NCBI RefSeq assembly: GCF_009914755.1
Contig: NC_060932.1
Direction: 5' to 3' (one strand)
Origin: the human T2T-CHM13v2.0 reference genome, Homo sapiens
Length of the DNA stretch: 64,000 nt
In this document: positions 63,929 to 64,000 of the stretch, piece after piece
Layout: each line of letters begins with the position of its first letter
Position numbering within the stretch: the stretch's first letter is position 1
Position numbers and translations under genes: made by a program
The notes under the pieces: model-generated
Databases searched by the model: none
What the model was told of the DNA's origin: nothing
What the model saw: the letters and a program-made list of their open reading frames with translations, nothing else

Positions 63929-64000
63929 TAAGGTCCTCAACCTCTGGGCCGTGGACCAGTTCCATTCCATGGCTTGTTATGAACTGGGCCACACAAAAGG
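63929..64000 (+). mobile_element. MER1A/B 5' end, runs off the window
   Basis: GGTCCTCAACCTCTGGGCCGTGGACCAGT...CCATGGCTTGTTATGAACTGGGCCACACA. Confidence 0.8.

Overview
AT-rich, repeat-dense primate (very likely human) nuclear DNA with no intact protein-coding gene, RNA gene or convincing spliced exon. The ORF track is explained almost entirely by Alu, L1 and pseudogene fragments. Two decayed processed pseudogenes lie on the minus strand: MSL3 (about 24.6-26.9 kb) and mitochondrial aconitase ACO2 (about 30.6-33.3 kb). Around them are about 21 Alu/FLAM copies (including a near-perfect AluYa-type and an AluYe5-type), many L1s (three with 5' inversions typical of twin priming), LTRs (MSTA, MLT2-like, solo MER11), DNA-transposon MITEs and MIR/L2 relics. 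The minus-strand bias of L1s, LTRs, Alus and both retrocopies suggests a long intron of a plus-strand gene, which I cannot name. I found no evidence for a new biological system. The most notable observations are insertion and repair archaeology: nested insertions that can be ordered in time, a retrocopy of an alternative-first-exon MSL3 mRNA, a short 3' tag on an L1PA3, a dispersed ~225-bp duplication and several small templated-insertion scars. Repeat family calls come from recalled consensus sequences, not from a search, and boundaries are approximate unless a TSD is quoted.
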